A DNA stretch of 64,000 nt, taken from the NCBI RefSeq assembly GCF_964355755.1, contig NC_092673.1, positions 32,051,648 through 32,115,647 of the forward strand, given 5' to 3'. Below, piece by piece: positions 39,396-54,149 of the stretch. The notes under the pieces were generated by a model that made no database searches, was not told where the DNA came from, and saw only the letters and a program-made list of their open reading frames with translations. The position numbers and the translations under genes were made by a program. The DNA comes from Antedon mediterranea. Its lineage: Eukaryota > Animalia > Echinodermata. Numbering within the stretch: position 1 is the first letter of the stretch; the number at the start of each line of letters is the position of its first letter.

Positions 39396-40033
39396 TTTAC
39401 CTCCGCCAAGGAGGTATATGTAATCGGTAGCGTGTGTTTGTTTGTTAGCAGAATTACTCAAAAAGTAATTACAACATCTTTACCAAAATGAATATACAGA
39501 TAGATATGTGGTCAAGGACCATTCCATTAAATTTTGAGACCATGGTCCCAATTCTGGACCACTTTTTAGTATACTTTTCAGACCTGCTAGTGTTAAAAGA
39601 TAGGACAGAATTTTTCAAAAGCCGGCGAGCAGTCTTAAAGTAACAAGTAAACTAACATTGCATTTTCTAGAGAACTACTTGTCCAAAAAACTTCATTTTT
39701 GTACAAGAGGCAAGATTTATAATTTGTGATTTGTAATTTTAAAACATAATTTGATTTAATGTGCACGTTTTTTGATGCGAGTAGTTTAAAAAACCTATTT
39801 CTTTTTAAATTCACCCATTTGATTTTCGCGTTGCTGTGCTATTGTTAGTCAACTGAAGCTATTGTTAATTGAAATTCTTGTTACATAACCATAACAACAA
39901 AGACATGCTTGTAGTGAAATTAGCCTAAATCCCAAACAACATTAAAACATAATATTTTTTTCTTACCGAAGAAATGTTATGCAGGAGAATTTTAAAGTAG
40001 GCGGATGTATGCACTCTCGGAGTGGCTTTCTAG
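39396..40033 (+). mobile_element. Helentron-associated non-autonomous element (DINE/HINE-like)
   Basis: TTACCTCCGCCAAGGAGG start, GTTT microsatellite, GGCGGATGT sub-TIR, CACTCTCGGAGTG hairpin, CTAG end. Confidence 0.8.
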
Positions 40034-41310
40034 TTATAATATATATAGAATATATATAATAATCTCAGGAGTTTCCCGATATTTTGACTCATCAAATCGA
40101 TCTCGATAAAATGTAATTTTTTAATTTAAAAAAAACACACAAAGATAATGGAAAATTTATTTTTAAGATGGTAGCCAGTCAAGTTGGCCCTAAACCGTCT
40201 TGGTCAATTCCAAGTCGGCCCTAGGTCAAGTAGCCTTACAAAACATGTGCAGGTATCGTTTATTATTAAATGCTCATAAGCTATACACAAGGCAAAAAAT
40301 GTTTTCCTAAGTCTCTGGAGAGGTGGGAAAGTTTCTGTTGAAGTCTTTTCATGATTTGGTTTTGCCTAAAGTGTCAATCAATTTTTCAATATTTTGTAAC
40401 TCTTGCACAAGTTGTCGGATCTAAAAAAATAAATAAATTAAAAAAATTAATATTACAACCAATATTTCCTATTTTATGTCATTATTAATCTCATGAATTA
40501 TTCATGATTTCTGCCTAACCTGATAGGGAGAAAAAAATGATGCATTCTGGCCTACAAAAAAATACTAATAATAACCTTTCTTATTATTTTATAAGAGGTT
40601 ATTTTTTACTTACTGTGAACAGTTACATATTTATAAAATAAATTGTTTTCAAATTGTAAGTTCCTGACTAACCTTGTTGTTGTTTTGTTGTTGCTTTTCA
40701 CTTGGAACTTTCTCGTTGTAATTTGGTATTTCTGTTGTTTTTTTCAGCATTGAAATTTGAGATTTCAGTTTAGTTTCTTGCAATTTAAATTTACTTAATA
40801 AATTTGATACGTCCACCACTCCCTGTAAATTACAGAAAAACAACAAACTTAATAAAAACACAAATAATAATAAACAGTACACGACATACTACAGTAGAGT
40901 GTCAATAAAGGGTATATTGGCCATTCGCTGTTTTCTATATTAATAAAAATTTTTAAAGAAAACTGTGCTGCTGTTTGATTTTGATTTGCCGATTGACTGA
41001 TGACCAAAATATGTCATTTTATCCACTGTGCGCTTGCAGAGATATTTGGATGTGTTTCTTCGCTCCCCACCTTAACACAGGTTACATGATTTCTAGGTCC
41101 AGGTGACAACCGACAACACTTTAATTGACCTAGGTCTAACAATTCACAAGCTATTACTTAGTATAGCGGAGTGACCGGTCTGAGGGTCAAAGTTTTATTT
41201 TAAACTGTGGTCATTCCATGCCATCATGGACTACTGTATGTATTTTTGTATTTTTATGGCCAATAAAGAAATGAATGAATGAATGAAAGTATACAGGACA
41301 AAGAACATAT

Positions 41311-41580
41311 CTCAAGTTGCACAGCAACAGTACATGAAGGTGAAATGGTAGAAACTGCACAACCAGTAGGGGTAATGCCATTAGATTAAAGCTCTACTGA
41401 ACCTACCTCAAGTTGCACAGCAACAGTACATGAAGGTGATATGGTAGAAACTGCACAACCAGTAGGGGTAATGCCATTAGATTGAAGCTCTACTGAACCT
41501 ACCTCAAGTTGCACAGCAACAGTACATGAAGGTGATATGGTAGAAACTGCACAACCAGAGGGAGTAATGCCATTAGATAG
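41311..41580 (-). repeat. 96-bp tandem triplication of a VARS2 exon end and donor
   Basis: CTCAAGTTGCACAGC at 41311, 41407, 41503. Confidence 0.95.
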
Positions 41581-44500
41581 AAGGTCTACAGAAGCTGCTT
41601 TAGTTAATGTTTTTATATCATCTTGATAACTGCACAGTATAGAGTAAACATCATTTGTTGAACACACAACAAAAGCTAAAAAAAGGAGAAAAATATATAC
41701 ATTTTACTACCTAAAAAACTACTATAAACAATTGTTTTCAACAATTTATAAATTTTATTATTTAAAATACATCCAGAAACCGATCCTTGAATTAAACAAA
41801 ATATTGAAAATCCATTTTAAAAAAGGCATCAAAAGCCATACCATTTACTTGGGTAACCTCATATTGGTTTTTAAGTGATCGTATTCCTCTAGCAACATCC
41901 AACATCAAATCTGTATTATTCTCTAGGATTGCATCCTTATATGGGAACTATGAATATTCAACAAAAAACATTAGAATAAATGATTATTCATCAAAGTCAT
42001 TTGAATATTTTGTATCACATATTTTTTGTGGACAATGAGAAGACAGCAATTATGATGATTATGATGGGATGATGGGGTAACAGTAATAAAAATGACAAAA
42101 GAGCTAATGTTATTAGAGATGATCATGATGATAATAAAATAACCTTCTTTAAAGATGTATTGTCCCCCAAAAAACAAGAAAAATGAAGATTAATTAAATC
42201 AGACTTTGAATATGTTATTTTGTAGTTTTAATAAAGTTAATCACTTAAAAAAAATAATGTTTTCACAAATAAATGGTTATATTCAACCAAAATCCATTGG
42301 CTGGCAGCCAATTTGACCATGTTTTGCTTTAAATTACATTTTTTTCAGGTAAATACTTTTTTTTTCGATCCAATTTTTGGTCAAAGTAGATAACTATTAT
42401 GTTACATTAAAATGGAAATATACATTTTTAAATTAGTTTAATAATTAAATGTCGGAGATGGATTTAAATAACTTTTTCAACTTTATATATGCATAATAAA
42501 AAAAAAACTTACTTCTTCAGTAGTTGGGTATTGTGCAACACAAATGCTAAGAACATGTTGTAGGCCGGGTAATCTCTGATACAGCTCCTCTGTAAGGTAA
42601 GGCATGAAGGGGCTTAGAAGCCTCAGGCCTGCCTCAATACACATGAACAGTACAGAGCGTGAAACATTACCAGAGCCTGATTCATCATTATATAATGAAG
42701 GCTTGATGGTCTCCTTTGTATAATAAAAAGAAAAGATTGTAGGTAATTCTTCAAAAACCAGGCACCTTGGCCTTATTCACTGGATTTGTTATATTAGGCA
42801 TCTCAGAAACTAGCAGCTGATAAACATTAAACAGTTTCTAGTGCAATAAAATGTTTTAATTAGTATTACTGTATATACTTATTGATATCACTAAACTTAA
42901 TATCAATTGAGCACTTTTGTGTTTAATCTAATTGATATACATATATAGTATCTCATACCAGGTACACATCACACAGACATTTGTGCAAAAAGTGACGTAT
43001 TGCTGATGTAACGACTGTCAGGTTGTAATCATGAAAACCTGAATTACAAATTTCCACTGTATGGCTGAGCTTAGAAAGGATCCAGCGGTCGATAGCTCTG
43101 CTGTTTTGCATAACCTGGAGGCAATATACAGAGAAAAATAAATTCAATAAATTGAGAATTGCACAATTACAAAACGTTTGTATTGAATCCAATTATATAA
43201 AAATAAAATAAATGTAACATACATCTTCTTTAATCATCAGCTTAAAATCACTTCCAAAGTGAGTGTAACCAAACTTGACAGCATTGCAAATCTTGTTACA
43301 AAAATGTCTGTACTTCACAAGCTTCCGAACATTCAAGTTTAAACCCACACCTTAAAAAACAAAACCGTTTTGTTTCGTTATTTATTTGACCAGCATAAAA
43401 TCAATACAATTTTTTTTTTAAAGATGAAAAAATGCTGTATGGGGCCAGCTTAAGCTGATTCAGCTACCCATCATTTTTAAAAATGTCAATAAAATTTGTC
43501 AGTAAAATGTACAATAAACAGATAGTAATTATTTGCACTTTCTAAATCTCAAGAGTGCATTTGCCCAAATAAATGACCACAGAAATATATGTGTGATTCT
43601 TGTAATAATATAAATAAGTTATATTGTTTTATATGAATTATTCATTCATTCAATTTAGATTTATTACAAGGATAACCATAGTGATTTGACAGGATGTGAA
43701 CCCAGGACCATGAGATCGGTAGGCAAGCATCTTAACCACTAAGCTACCACTCCACTCTTTCTTTGAATTATCAAGCAGGGGAAAAGAATTTGTACATACT
43801 GTGAAAGGAATCATTACCTAAAAACATTTTTCCTCAGGCCCTTAAAATAAAGAACATTTCAGTATATAGTACCTTGAGTATCGTAAGTGCAAAGGGCTAA
43901 GACCATCAGTTCCACATTCTGGAATGCCATTTGGAAAGTTTGCCCTTTGACCTTTCATAGCAGCTTTCAATTCTTTGTTGTCATGTTTCAAGTTGCTGTT
44001 TTTTAGCCGGTCTTGCATAGCATCAAATGATACACCCTCTATAACGTCAATAGGGTCAATGACGTTACCAAGCGATTTGCTCATTTTGCGTCCATGAGAA
44101 TCTTTTACCATTGAATGGAGGTATACCTGAAGAAAATGACAAAATAAATAGTTCTTTTTAATTAATTTGTAAAATGTATAAAATATAATTATAGATAATA
44201 GCTTTAAAAATGGAGTAATTATTTTCATGTTCTTAGAGAAATTGGTTTTGTTATTAAAGTGTTTTATTGTTTATGGTTTTTTCAGAAGTATAGGAACTCA
44301 CTGGTTTGTTGGCTATTCCTTATTTGAAGATGATGTTTGTTTAAATTGAAGATAATCTAACCTTTGATTTTTCACAATTACCTGTTTAAATGGAAGTTCT
44401 CCTGTTAGCCTCTGTCCCAGCATCACCATTCTTGCAACCCAGAAAAACATTATATCATAGCCTGTTTCTAGCACAGTAGAAGGATAATACTGTGACATGT

Positions 44501-46033
44501 CAGGAGTCTAGCAAATAAATAATGCAATAATGTTTATCAACTCTGGTGTCATTGAATCTGCATTCCTAGCAACATATCTATAATCTAAATTTGTTCTATG
44601 CTACTACACCATCTCTCTACTTTCAGTTAATTGTGTCTTTTTTTCTTGTGATGCCTTCCAATCCAAAAGGTCAAAGGTTCAATCTTGACTTAGTGCCAGT
44701 GTTGTAACTCACAACTCTTTCAACTCCACTCCCTAAGCCTCAAATAAGACTTAGTTTATAAGCATGATACATTATTAAATAGTTTATCCATCCTGTAATT
44801 GGCGAGTTACTCGCTATTAGTTGCGCATGAAATTAAACTTTTTTTTAAATCCAATCTTTAGATTTTCATTCTTTGGCCTTTATTTCAATGTTTTTTTCTA
44901 CATTTCTACAATTCAATTTGATTTCACTTAATACAAGGTACTTTTTCAGAAATAAACAAACTTGAAATAGCTCAATATCACAAACTATATTATTTTTAAT
45001 TATATCTTACCTCAACAGGCCATCCATGAATGGCAAATGGGAATAAACCAGATGAGAACCACGTATCCAAGACATCATCATCTAAAAAAGACATTTATTG
45101 AATTGGATGTTAATCAAACAAACTACTGTACCACTAAATTAAATCTTAAAAAAAGATTAAATATACAAAATTTATAACTTCCAAATTTTAATAACGTGGA
45201 AAAAGTTATTTGTTTTTGTACCTTGTCTTAATTTAATCTTGCTTGATGGTACACTAAACCGTTCAGCTGCTTTTTTTCTAGCCGTCTTCTCCGTGTGAGC
45301 GCTCACCCAATATTTTGAATCAATGTCCTATCAAGAAGCATGATTATTTTATTAATATTATAATCATACAGCATTCAGCATGCTATTAATGAATAAGGTT
45401 AAATTTTTATGTCAACAATCAAGGTTCAAATCCTAGTTATTTCAAAGTGTAAGAATTTTTTTCTATCCATAGATTTCAGATGTGTCTAGTTTTAATGCCA
45501 AGACACAGTGCCACAAAAACAATCCTACTATCTTGGAGGTCAAATAGACCTAGAGATCAAAAACCCTAGTCATGTGATTCAGTTTGCATTCAGTATGTAT
45601 GCTATGATTGCTTTGCCATACACCTATGTTTTCTGTGAAATAACGTACCTTCCCTACTGGATATCCATCATCGTCAATTGTTACAAAGTATGCTGGGATA
45701 CGATGACCCCACCATAGTTGACGAGATAAACACCAATCCCTGTTAAAATTTATGAAATTGTTAAAATCATGACAAAGAGTTTTGTGGTTATAATAATTAT
45801 AACAATGACGTCGACAACTAATCATTGACATCTCTCTGTTTGATGATTGTGATAAATGTTGACAATGATGCTGGGTGATGATATAATGACATTGATTATG
45901 ATGATAATGATCTGGTGATGAAAAGTATTTGAAAAACAATTGCATGTAATGTCAAAGTGCTTTGATTTTATTCTGGAGATCCAGAGACTTGACAGAGGGA
46001 TCATCTTAGCTCACCTGCTGTTCTTTAACCACT

Positions 46034-47030
46034 AGGTCTGTATTTATTACGGTCTTCTGTCGGCAGTCTTTTTGAGCGAAATGTTGAGCGCCCGACTGAA
46101 AACGTTCTGATACTATATTGAGAATGAATTGTTTATGATCTTTTTTTCTCGGCATCGTTCTGGATGGACTGGACGTTCGCTATAATAATTTTATGTTTAT
46201 TAGTTGGCCTGTTCGTTGAGGTTCACCTGTGTTGGATCGCGTGTCTCTACGTTTACATCGTGGGAAATTTATATTTATATTCGCCGTTGAGTAGGTAAAC
46301 ACGCACGAAGGAAACGATTACGATTAAAAAATATTATATTATATTTACAACTTGGTCCTCCGCCAGTTAAATTTAACACATTAATTTTACACCTTACTTC
46401 ACTAAGAACATCGTAGGGTTGTTTATTTAGGTTACGAACTCCCTACGAAGTTCAGAATGTAGTTCATTGAAAGTTGTTTATTGAGGTTACGAAGTCAAAC
46501 AATGGAACCTACGAAGCCAACAACGTAGCCTACGAAGCTACTTCGTAGGTAAAGTTGCAGTATTTTCTTTCTGTATTGTAGGTCAATAGTTTGAGTGATT
46601 CCATGTTCCAAAAGTTAACTTTAACGTTTTTGCATGTGGTAAATTCACTCTTTACCACAAGAAAAATAAAATCGCAAAAATAAAAGGTCGCGAATAAATA
46701 GAAACAAAAATTTGCGCTTTACATACTCTGTCGGCGGTAAAAGGGTATACCTGTACTGATTTGTTTGTCTTACTGCCGGTTGTAAATAATAATTTAATAT
46801 CACGCTCTCAATGAATTCACTTGTATGTAGCGCGTTTAACACCAGTACACAGTAAAACAATGTGCAGTCAGCCGTATATAGGGGCGGGCCATAGTCGAAC
46901 ATGCATATTGGCGTCTAGACGCAGCCAAATCAGACGGGTTTTGGGACGCGTTTTTGGGTAAACAATAGAAAACGCGTCTGGACGCTGATTTGTGGTCTGA
47001 AATAATTTGTAGAAGACGCCTTATATATAC
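46034..47030. mobile_element. Probable TIR/MITE-derived insertion replacing VARS2 exon sequence
   Basis: Abuts truncated exon WLKNSR; imperfect inverted ends (TGTATTTATTACGGTCTTCT / AGAAGACGCCTTATATATACA); internal ACGAAG repeats 46405-46550. Confidence 0.5.
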
Positions 47031-48099
47031 AATTATTAGGAAGTGCTCTGTTATAAGATCAAAACAATAACATTCCAGCTTCATAGTTATAATGTAAGAA
47101 ACCATAGAAGATTTATATTGTAGAAAAGAACTGGTTAAAAAAGGTATGAACAGTATCATCAAGTTGCTTGATGAGGGTATGCTTAGTCCTAAAATTTTTT
47201 AACTTACTAAGCTTACAAAAAGCTTTCATATTAAACAATCACTGCTTTGTAATTCTAATGTTTGTGAAAAAGTTTTTTTTATTATTCTTATTGAACACAT
47301 AAACATTAATTTATTGTATGTTATAACATCATAGCAGTAATAGTATTCTCTAGGCTTACCTGCATACTGGGACCACCATTGGGTTATCTTTACTGCCTCT
47401 GTACAAGTTCCTCTCCTTGAGGGCTTCCAAAACTGCTACCCTAGCATGAAATCTTTTCATTCCCTAAACCCAACAAAAAGTAATAAACGACTGTTTAAAT
47501 TTATACAGTACCATAATGGATGGTAAAGTTAGTGTCAAGGAGTACTGTACAGAAATTGTGCCTAGAAACTATGTGTTACGGCCAATTTCCGCAGACAAGC
47601 GGTAACGGTAATAAAAATATAAAATCTATGTTATTCCTTATGACCATTTACACAGAACTCGGAGCAGACAGGCAGTTTCCACTCAGGATAGATAGATTTT
47701 CCACATACCGTTACCGCTCATCGGTGTAAATTGGCCTTTATAAAGGTTAGCAAAATATTTTTATGTACCTGAAATTGAGCAGCAGTGTCAGCCATGTTGC
47801 CATCTTCATTGATGACTGTTATTGTTGGAAGGTCATGTTTCTGCCCAATTTCATAATCATTGTAATCATGGCCAGGTGTAATCTTAACAGCACCTGTAAA
47901 CAAATGAGTTCTATGATTGTAATCAGCTCAGTTTGCACTTGTTGAGGTATGTTGAGCTGCTAAGCTTTCATAGATTATAGTGCGAGTTGAAATACACAAT
48001 TCACAGTTAAAAGAAATCTATCAACTGTATTTATTTATTTATTTATTAAATTTTTTGTCTTTAAGCAATGTGGCCAAGGATTACCAATAGTAAATTAAT

Positions 48100-48360
48100 C
48101 ACTGTCCTATCACATAGGTGGTAATTTTGTGAGCCTGTTCAGCGGGGTAACCCCCTACTCTTCTCGAATAATGAACTGGGTTCTTTGAAGTGTACACAGG
48201 TTATAACTGTGTACACTGGACTTACGGTTTATAGTTCTCATCTGAGAAGAGTTGTTCCACCATCAGAACTATGAGCGAATCGACCTCGAACCCTTGCCGA
48301 TGTTGTTGGCTCTTTAGATACAGTAGACAGCGCCCTGCCTTAACCACTCGGCCATTTGAC
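48100..48360 (-). mobile_element. tRNA-derived SINE (V-domain-like), left-arm copy
   Basis: A box TGGCCGAGTGG, B box GGTTCGAGGTC, AAAGAACCCAG...AAGAGTAGGGG; mirrored at 62864-63130. Confidence 0.7.
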
Positions 48361-51346
48361 TATATGGCTAAACTTGAAGTAATAGGCTGCATTTGTCTTT
48401 ACGATAACAATCCTTTGTTCGATCTGCTAGTTTTTAGCTTAGTGTAGAGTAGTGTAACATAGCATAAAATAAAAACATCATTCCATCAATAAGTTACTGT
48501 TTTTTACATACTGTAGAATCCTTATTAAAAGGACATCTGGTACCACAAAGTATTCCCTTCATAGGGCTTTATGTTAAAAAAAATATTTCCCTTGTTCATT
48601 TCAGAGAGAAGTGTCCAATTACTAGGTTGTACTGTATACAGTAAGTACATTTTATAGAACAGTATTTTCTTACCGGTCCCAAACTCTTTATCGACTGATA
48701 CATCACCAATAATCGGAAGTCTCTCTCCTGTAAATGGATGTATTACAGCACCCCCTATGAGATGCGCATATCTTGGATCATCTGGATTGACAGCAATGGC
48801 TGTGTCACCAAGCATTGTCTCAATTCTTGTTGTCGCAACTACAATCTCACCTGCCACGAAAATTATTACTTAAAGTAGTAAGAGTTATCAGTGAAAATAA
48901 AAACACTATTACTTTAGTGACGTGTTTCTCAACATACTATAATAAGTTGAAGATCTATACAACAAAAATCTCTCCTGCTACAAAGATGAACTAATTTATG
49001 TTCTATAAATAAACTAAATAAAAGCTCTATTCCTTTATATCTGTACATCGTAAGCTCTGTCTACACTATCAAACTTTTATCATGTGAAAAAAAATGTGAT
49101 GTGACCATATATGGACATGATGATGTCATATTTGGGCATATCACTACCATATTTGGGCACGCACACTTTTTTTTCAAACTAGTTTGATAGTGTAGACAGG
49201 GTTTAGTGCTGTGTATACACATTTGAACAGTCTGATTGATATGGACGGAATCAATTACATTCCTATCAAGAGGTACCCACTTCTGTGTTGAGCTATTGGC
49301 CATGGTTTCTTCTTGAGCTATTTGCCAAATGTTAATAAATAAATAAACTGTTATTACTGTTTCACTGAGTCTATGCATGCTTATTCTTCTTACCAGAGTT
49401 TTCTAAAGGGTATGCAAATTCCTCAAGACATCCAAATAATACTTTATCTTCATAACCTGGAACAGACAATAGGCTTCTACCACTTATAGGCACTTGATCA
49501 ACCTGTAGTTAAAAAATCTTAACATTTCTCTAACCCAATATATTGTTAATTGCTGTGTCTAAAAAGATTTCCAAATATTGCATACAGTAGTCAAATTAAA
49601 TCAACATTTATTTCTTTCAAATTATGCACTTTATTACTTCCTGAGAATTACAGCTTTCAGTGCAATGTTATCATGCATTTGAAAGGTCTCAATATTCATA
49701 ATAATTGAGGGTACAAGTTACAGAAAATCAGGGGACTTAACCAAGGCCGTTGTCAGCAATAACATAGCTCACATTACTTTGAGAAAATGTGTTGACAACG
49801 TACGAAGCGTTGGGTGAGTTTTACTTAATAAGAACACTTGCATTAAACATATTTTGAAGGAGATGAATTTATATATTTTTATTCATAATAATCTCTAAAC
49901 AGTAGTTCATCTGTGTTTTAGTACTCACTTCAATATCTGAAATTGCAGACTTCAAAGCACATGACCAGTTGACAAGGCTGTTGCTACGGTAAATTGTACC
50001 GTCTTCATGAAGTTGAACAAACGCTTCAGTAACAGCTCGTGAATAGATCTGAAAATGAGAAAACATGCTGCAAAATGTATGCATACAGATACAAACACAG
50101 TAGACAACTTTGGAACCCAAACAAGTGTCTCTCTTAAAAGGAGTATCCACTGAATAGGGGGTGGCTGTAGTGTTAAAACATATATTGCCCCTAGCTGTTT
50201 TACATGAAATTAGGGGTGTCCCCTTGAATAGGGCTGTCCCAAAGAAGGGTTACTATTGCACTAGATTAGATATCGTATGTACAATTCATTTGTGATTTGT
50301 GAATGCATCTCTGTGATATTTTATCTCAACCACAACTAGTCAAAAGTTTCAAAGAAACTGTGCATAATTTTATTCACAGGAAATATCAAAGTTCATTTAT
50401 AATACTAAACCAGCAATAAAAGTTGTTTATGTTTATAAAGCATATTGAACCAGAAACAACCGGCATTGGGCTGTAACATTGTAGCTCATGTTCTCTTGTG
50501 CTGAATTTGTATATATTCATTTTATTTTTTATTTGACAAGTTATTAAGCATTCGCACCTTATCCATTGTAAATCTTTCTCTTGTCCAATCCAAAGAAGCT
50601 CCAAGTCGTTTTAGCTGCTTATATATTTCATCTTCTTTTCTGTATAAGAAAAAATGCTGCTTATTATTATTTACAGTGAAATAACTAATGAATAATATAA
50701 AGTATTTATTGTAAATTTTAGTCTTGTAATTAAGAAATTGAGATATCATCCACAAGTTGTGATTAAAAATAATAACTCACTGTTCTTTCCATTTCCAGAC
50801 TTCATTTGTAAATTTCTCGCGACCTAGGTCATGTCGAGTTTGACCAGTATTCGACAATAACTGTTTCTCAACAACAACCTGAGTTGCGATACCGCCGTGA
50901 TCACAACCTGGCAACCATAGTGTTTCTCTGCCACACATTCGATTCCTAATATAAACAGATTATAAATGTAATTTATTTTGCTTGTTTAATATAAAATATA
51001 CGGAATTCAAATAATTACTTCTATTTTGTGCCTAGCAAACCTGGATAAACCAACTATAGTCTATTCTCCTTGAAGAGCAAAATACAAATTAAAAAATAGA
51101 ACACCCCTCTTCATAAATGGTATAGACTACCATACCAGATAATTTATATTTAAATGTTTTGTCATTTTACCTACCATCTTACTATACTATCTTCTATGGC
51201 TACTGTCAGTGCATGTCCAAGATGAAGATTGCCAGTGACGTTAGGGGGAGGTAAACACATAACATACGGCTCGCTTTTAAGTTCAGACTATGTAACAAAA
51301 TAGGCAAATTTATTGTACTCAGACTGTTATATTATCAGAAAATATT

Positions 51347-51849
51347 AGAGAAGTTTCGCAATCTTACGAATACGATAACAAAAACAGATACGTCACGCAC
51401 ACGTATTCGTTTTCGTAAGCCATAAAAAAATCTGTTTCGCATGGCAACGAAATATCGAGGCGCGTCCAAAATATGACTGCGGTAAATTTGAGTGAAGCGC
51501 AGGTACGTGTTGCTTGGTGCTTGGCTGCCTAGGCCTAGCATAACATCAAAGCGAGTGAGGACTTTAAAAACTGATCAAAATTGACTTGGCATTATAGTAA
51601 ATTACTTTAGTAAATTACTTTTAATAAATCTATAATTATATTATAATCATGAATCATTCCTGATTCAAATGCAAAATGTGCAAAAATAGATCAAAAACTA
51701 TACTCATTTTGTAGTTACAAATATGACTGGTGATATTTGTCAACACGAATACGCTTTACGAATATAAAATGGGGATCAGCTCAAAAGTTTCACAAATGTA
51801 TGACGTATCCGTTTTCGTTATCGTATTCGTAAGGTTGCAAAACCTCCCT
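51347..51849. mobile_element. Harbinger-type MITE, left arm only
   Basis: ~50-bp TIRs AG(A/G)GA(A/G)GTTT..CTTACGAATACGATAAC; absent from the equivalent position (~59960) of the right arm. Confidence 0.85.
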
Positions 51850-51907
51850 AATATGAGTTAATAATTGTTTGAATTGGATTGAGTTGAATTACTATTATTT
51901 ACAAATA

Positions 51908-52071
51908 CAGTCAACTCTGAAAACCGTAAACTCTCCCCAAACCAGACTTTTCTCGTCCAAAGTTCAAAAGGTCCCAAATTCATTTTTACCATTCAAAACA
52001 CATCCTGAATAACAGACTTTCTGGAAAACCAGACATATTTGAAAGGTTTCCGATATTGGGAGAGTTGACTG
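51908..52071. mobile_element. Tc1/mariner-type MITE (both arms)
   Basis: TA|CAGTCAACTCT...AGAGTTGACTG|TA; mirrored at ~59122-59286. Confidence 0.75.
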
Positions 52072-54149
52072 TATAATTAGAGTATAGCTGCTCCAACTGT
52101 AGTAATTGTTTAAAAAAAATCTATGATAGAAAGTGATGAGAAGGCCAAGACAAGAGAATTGGTGTTTACCGCAGTACATTAGTTTGAACCCTGGGATATT
52201 TTTTTTTGGGTGATGGCATGGCACTTTCTCAAGTTTTCTTGAACATATTTCACTGTTCTTTACTTAAAACCATTAAAATACCTTTTGCTTGGGTTTAAAA
52301 AATCCCATTTCCTGCCACCACTCATACCATGCAGCTTCAACATAGGATGGACTGTATCTCTGGTGAAGGGGTTGAGATGTGTCTGTAAAAAGAATGTATT
52401 TTTGTGATAAACAATCTTAATAATTCATTATTTCATTTCTCATGTTATTTAGTTTTGTCTTATGATGGTTATCTATAGACAAAAGTTAACTGAAATAAAA
52501 TACCAAACACTATCAATATTAATTAGATGTTATTTTATTGTATATTTGTATCTGATGAGCTATGTAATTTTCTTATGTCTCAATAATAGAGAAAAGTAAT
52601 AGAGAAACTGGAGAACGTCGAGCGGTGTAAATGATTGTTCTACCTTTCTCCTTTTTTTTATCTTAGGATATTTTATGAATCATTTTTGTGCTCATAAACA
52701 TTGTATTAGGCGCTCTATATAAGACTACCATTACATTTTTTACCATTACAGCTAAATTAAAACTGTTTTTGGTCACAAGAAATTGATTCATTTATAAATT
52801 TACCTTTTTTATCACCTGGCTTATATGGTATTTCATATCTTATCACTTCATTTTCATTCCACTTTGGTAATACTGATGAATTCTTTAATAAAAATATAAC
52901 TAAATATCACTAAATTCATTTTTTAGGAATTCATGTTTAATAATAATAATCAAACATTTATATACAAAAGTATAAAAAGATAATTAAAGCAATTTAAGGA
53001 AAATATAAATTAATTTTTAAATGAGAAAAAGGTTAGTGAAAGTTTGATCAAATGTTTAAGCTTCCACCATAAGTTTACAAATGTTACCAAAGACATGACA
53101 GCATATGTTATCAATCATCTGCTCCATCTAACTCAGAATACAAGTCTTAGTTATTGTTTTCTCTTACCACTGTTTCTTGACAGGATATTATTTTGTCTAG
53201 TCTATCTTGTATTCTTCTTAGTTTTTGTACCATCGCTTGTGATTTGTTAGTTGGATTTGTGGCATCACTATTGCAACATCTAATGAATGACCCATTTAAG
53301 AGTTGATAAGATAAAACATATGATCTTGTCTTATAACTGCATTGTTTATTTGAAAACTTAACATTAGAAATGATGTGCCTTGGTGTACGTAGCTGCTGCC
53401 TTACGAACATCTGTAAGAAATCAAGTATTTCAATTAGGAGTATGCAGTGTTTAATTAATGAAATTCAAAAAAAGCCAGAAACACCAAATGTTAGTGCCAT
53501 ATTATGATATAGGTAGGCCTATATTATTGTTTCTTTTATCTTGAAATCCCAATTTAGGTGCGAAAGTACATTAGTTCCCTAAATTAGTATTAATATTATG
53601 TTGTGAGTGTGAAAAATGAAAATTTAGGTGACAAATCAAAGATATAACGGTGTGGTGGGAAACTGCAGCAGCGCCGGCATCATCACGTCCGACGTCGTCG
53701 TATCGCCAGCAGCTGCTGCTACGTTCCCAGTTACATTACTCGAGATGTTTGGCTAATCTGTACCAACAAAAAGCACTTAATTGACAAATACCAATTACTT
53801 TTGTAATTTATAGAAAAAAACGAAACCAGTGTAGGCCTACTCAATTTACAGATACAGATACAGATAACTTTTATTGTCCAACCTAAACTGGAAATTGCAT
53901 TTTGCTCACTTATCACACAAAAATATCGTATAAGAATATCGTATAAAAATAAAGTATAAAAATAAAGTATAAAATGTAGAATAGCAATATAAAAATACAC
54001 AATGATTAAAATAGTACATCATAAAATTACAGCTCAAAAATATTTAAGTTAAAATTACAGATCATTACAAAACGGTTTAAAAAGTGTCTTATATTTCATT
54101 ATTAATTATATTTTATATTATTAATATTGTTATTATCAAAATTATTGTA

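Larger units (their letters stand above)
40349..53410 (-). pseudogene. VARS2: Mitochondrial valyl-tRNA synthetase, ~24 visible exons, disrupted copy
   Basis: Presequence-like N-terminus, [61 protein letters not shown]; stop at 40349-40351; frameshift after GTDGL (~43900); missing exon sequence between 46034 and 47359; NKIWNA>NKICNA. Confidence 0.92.
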
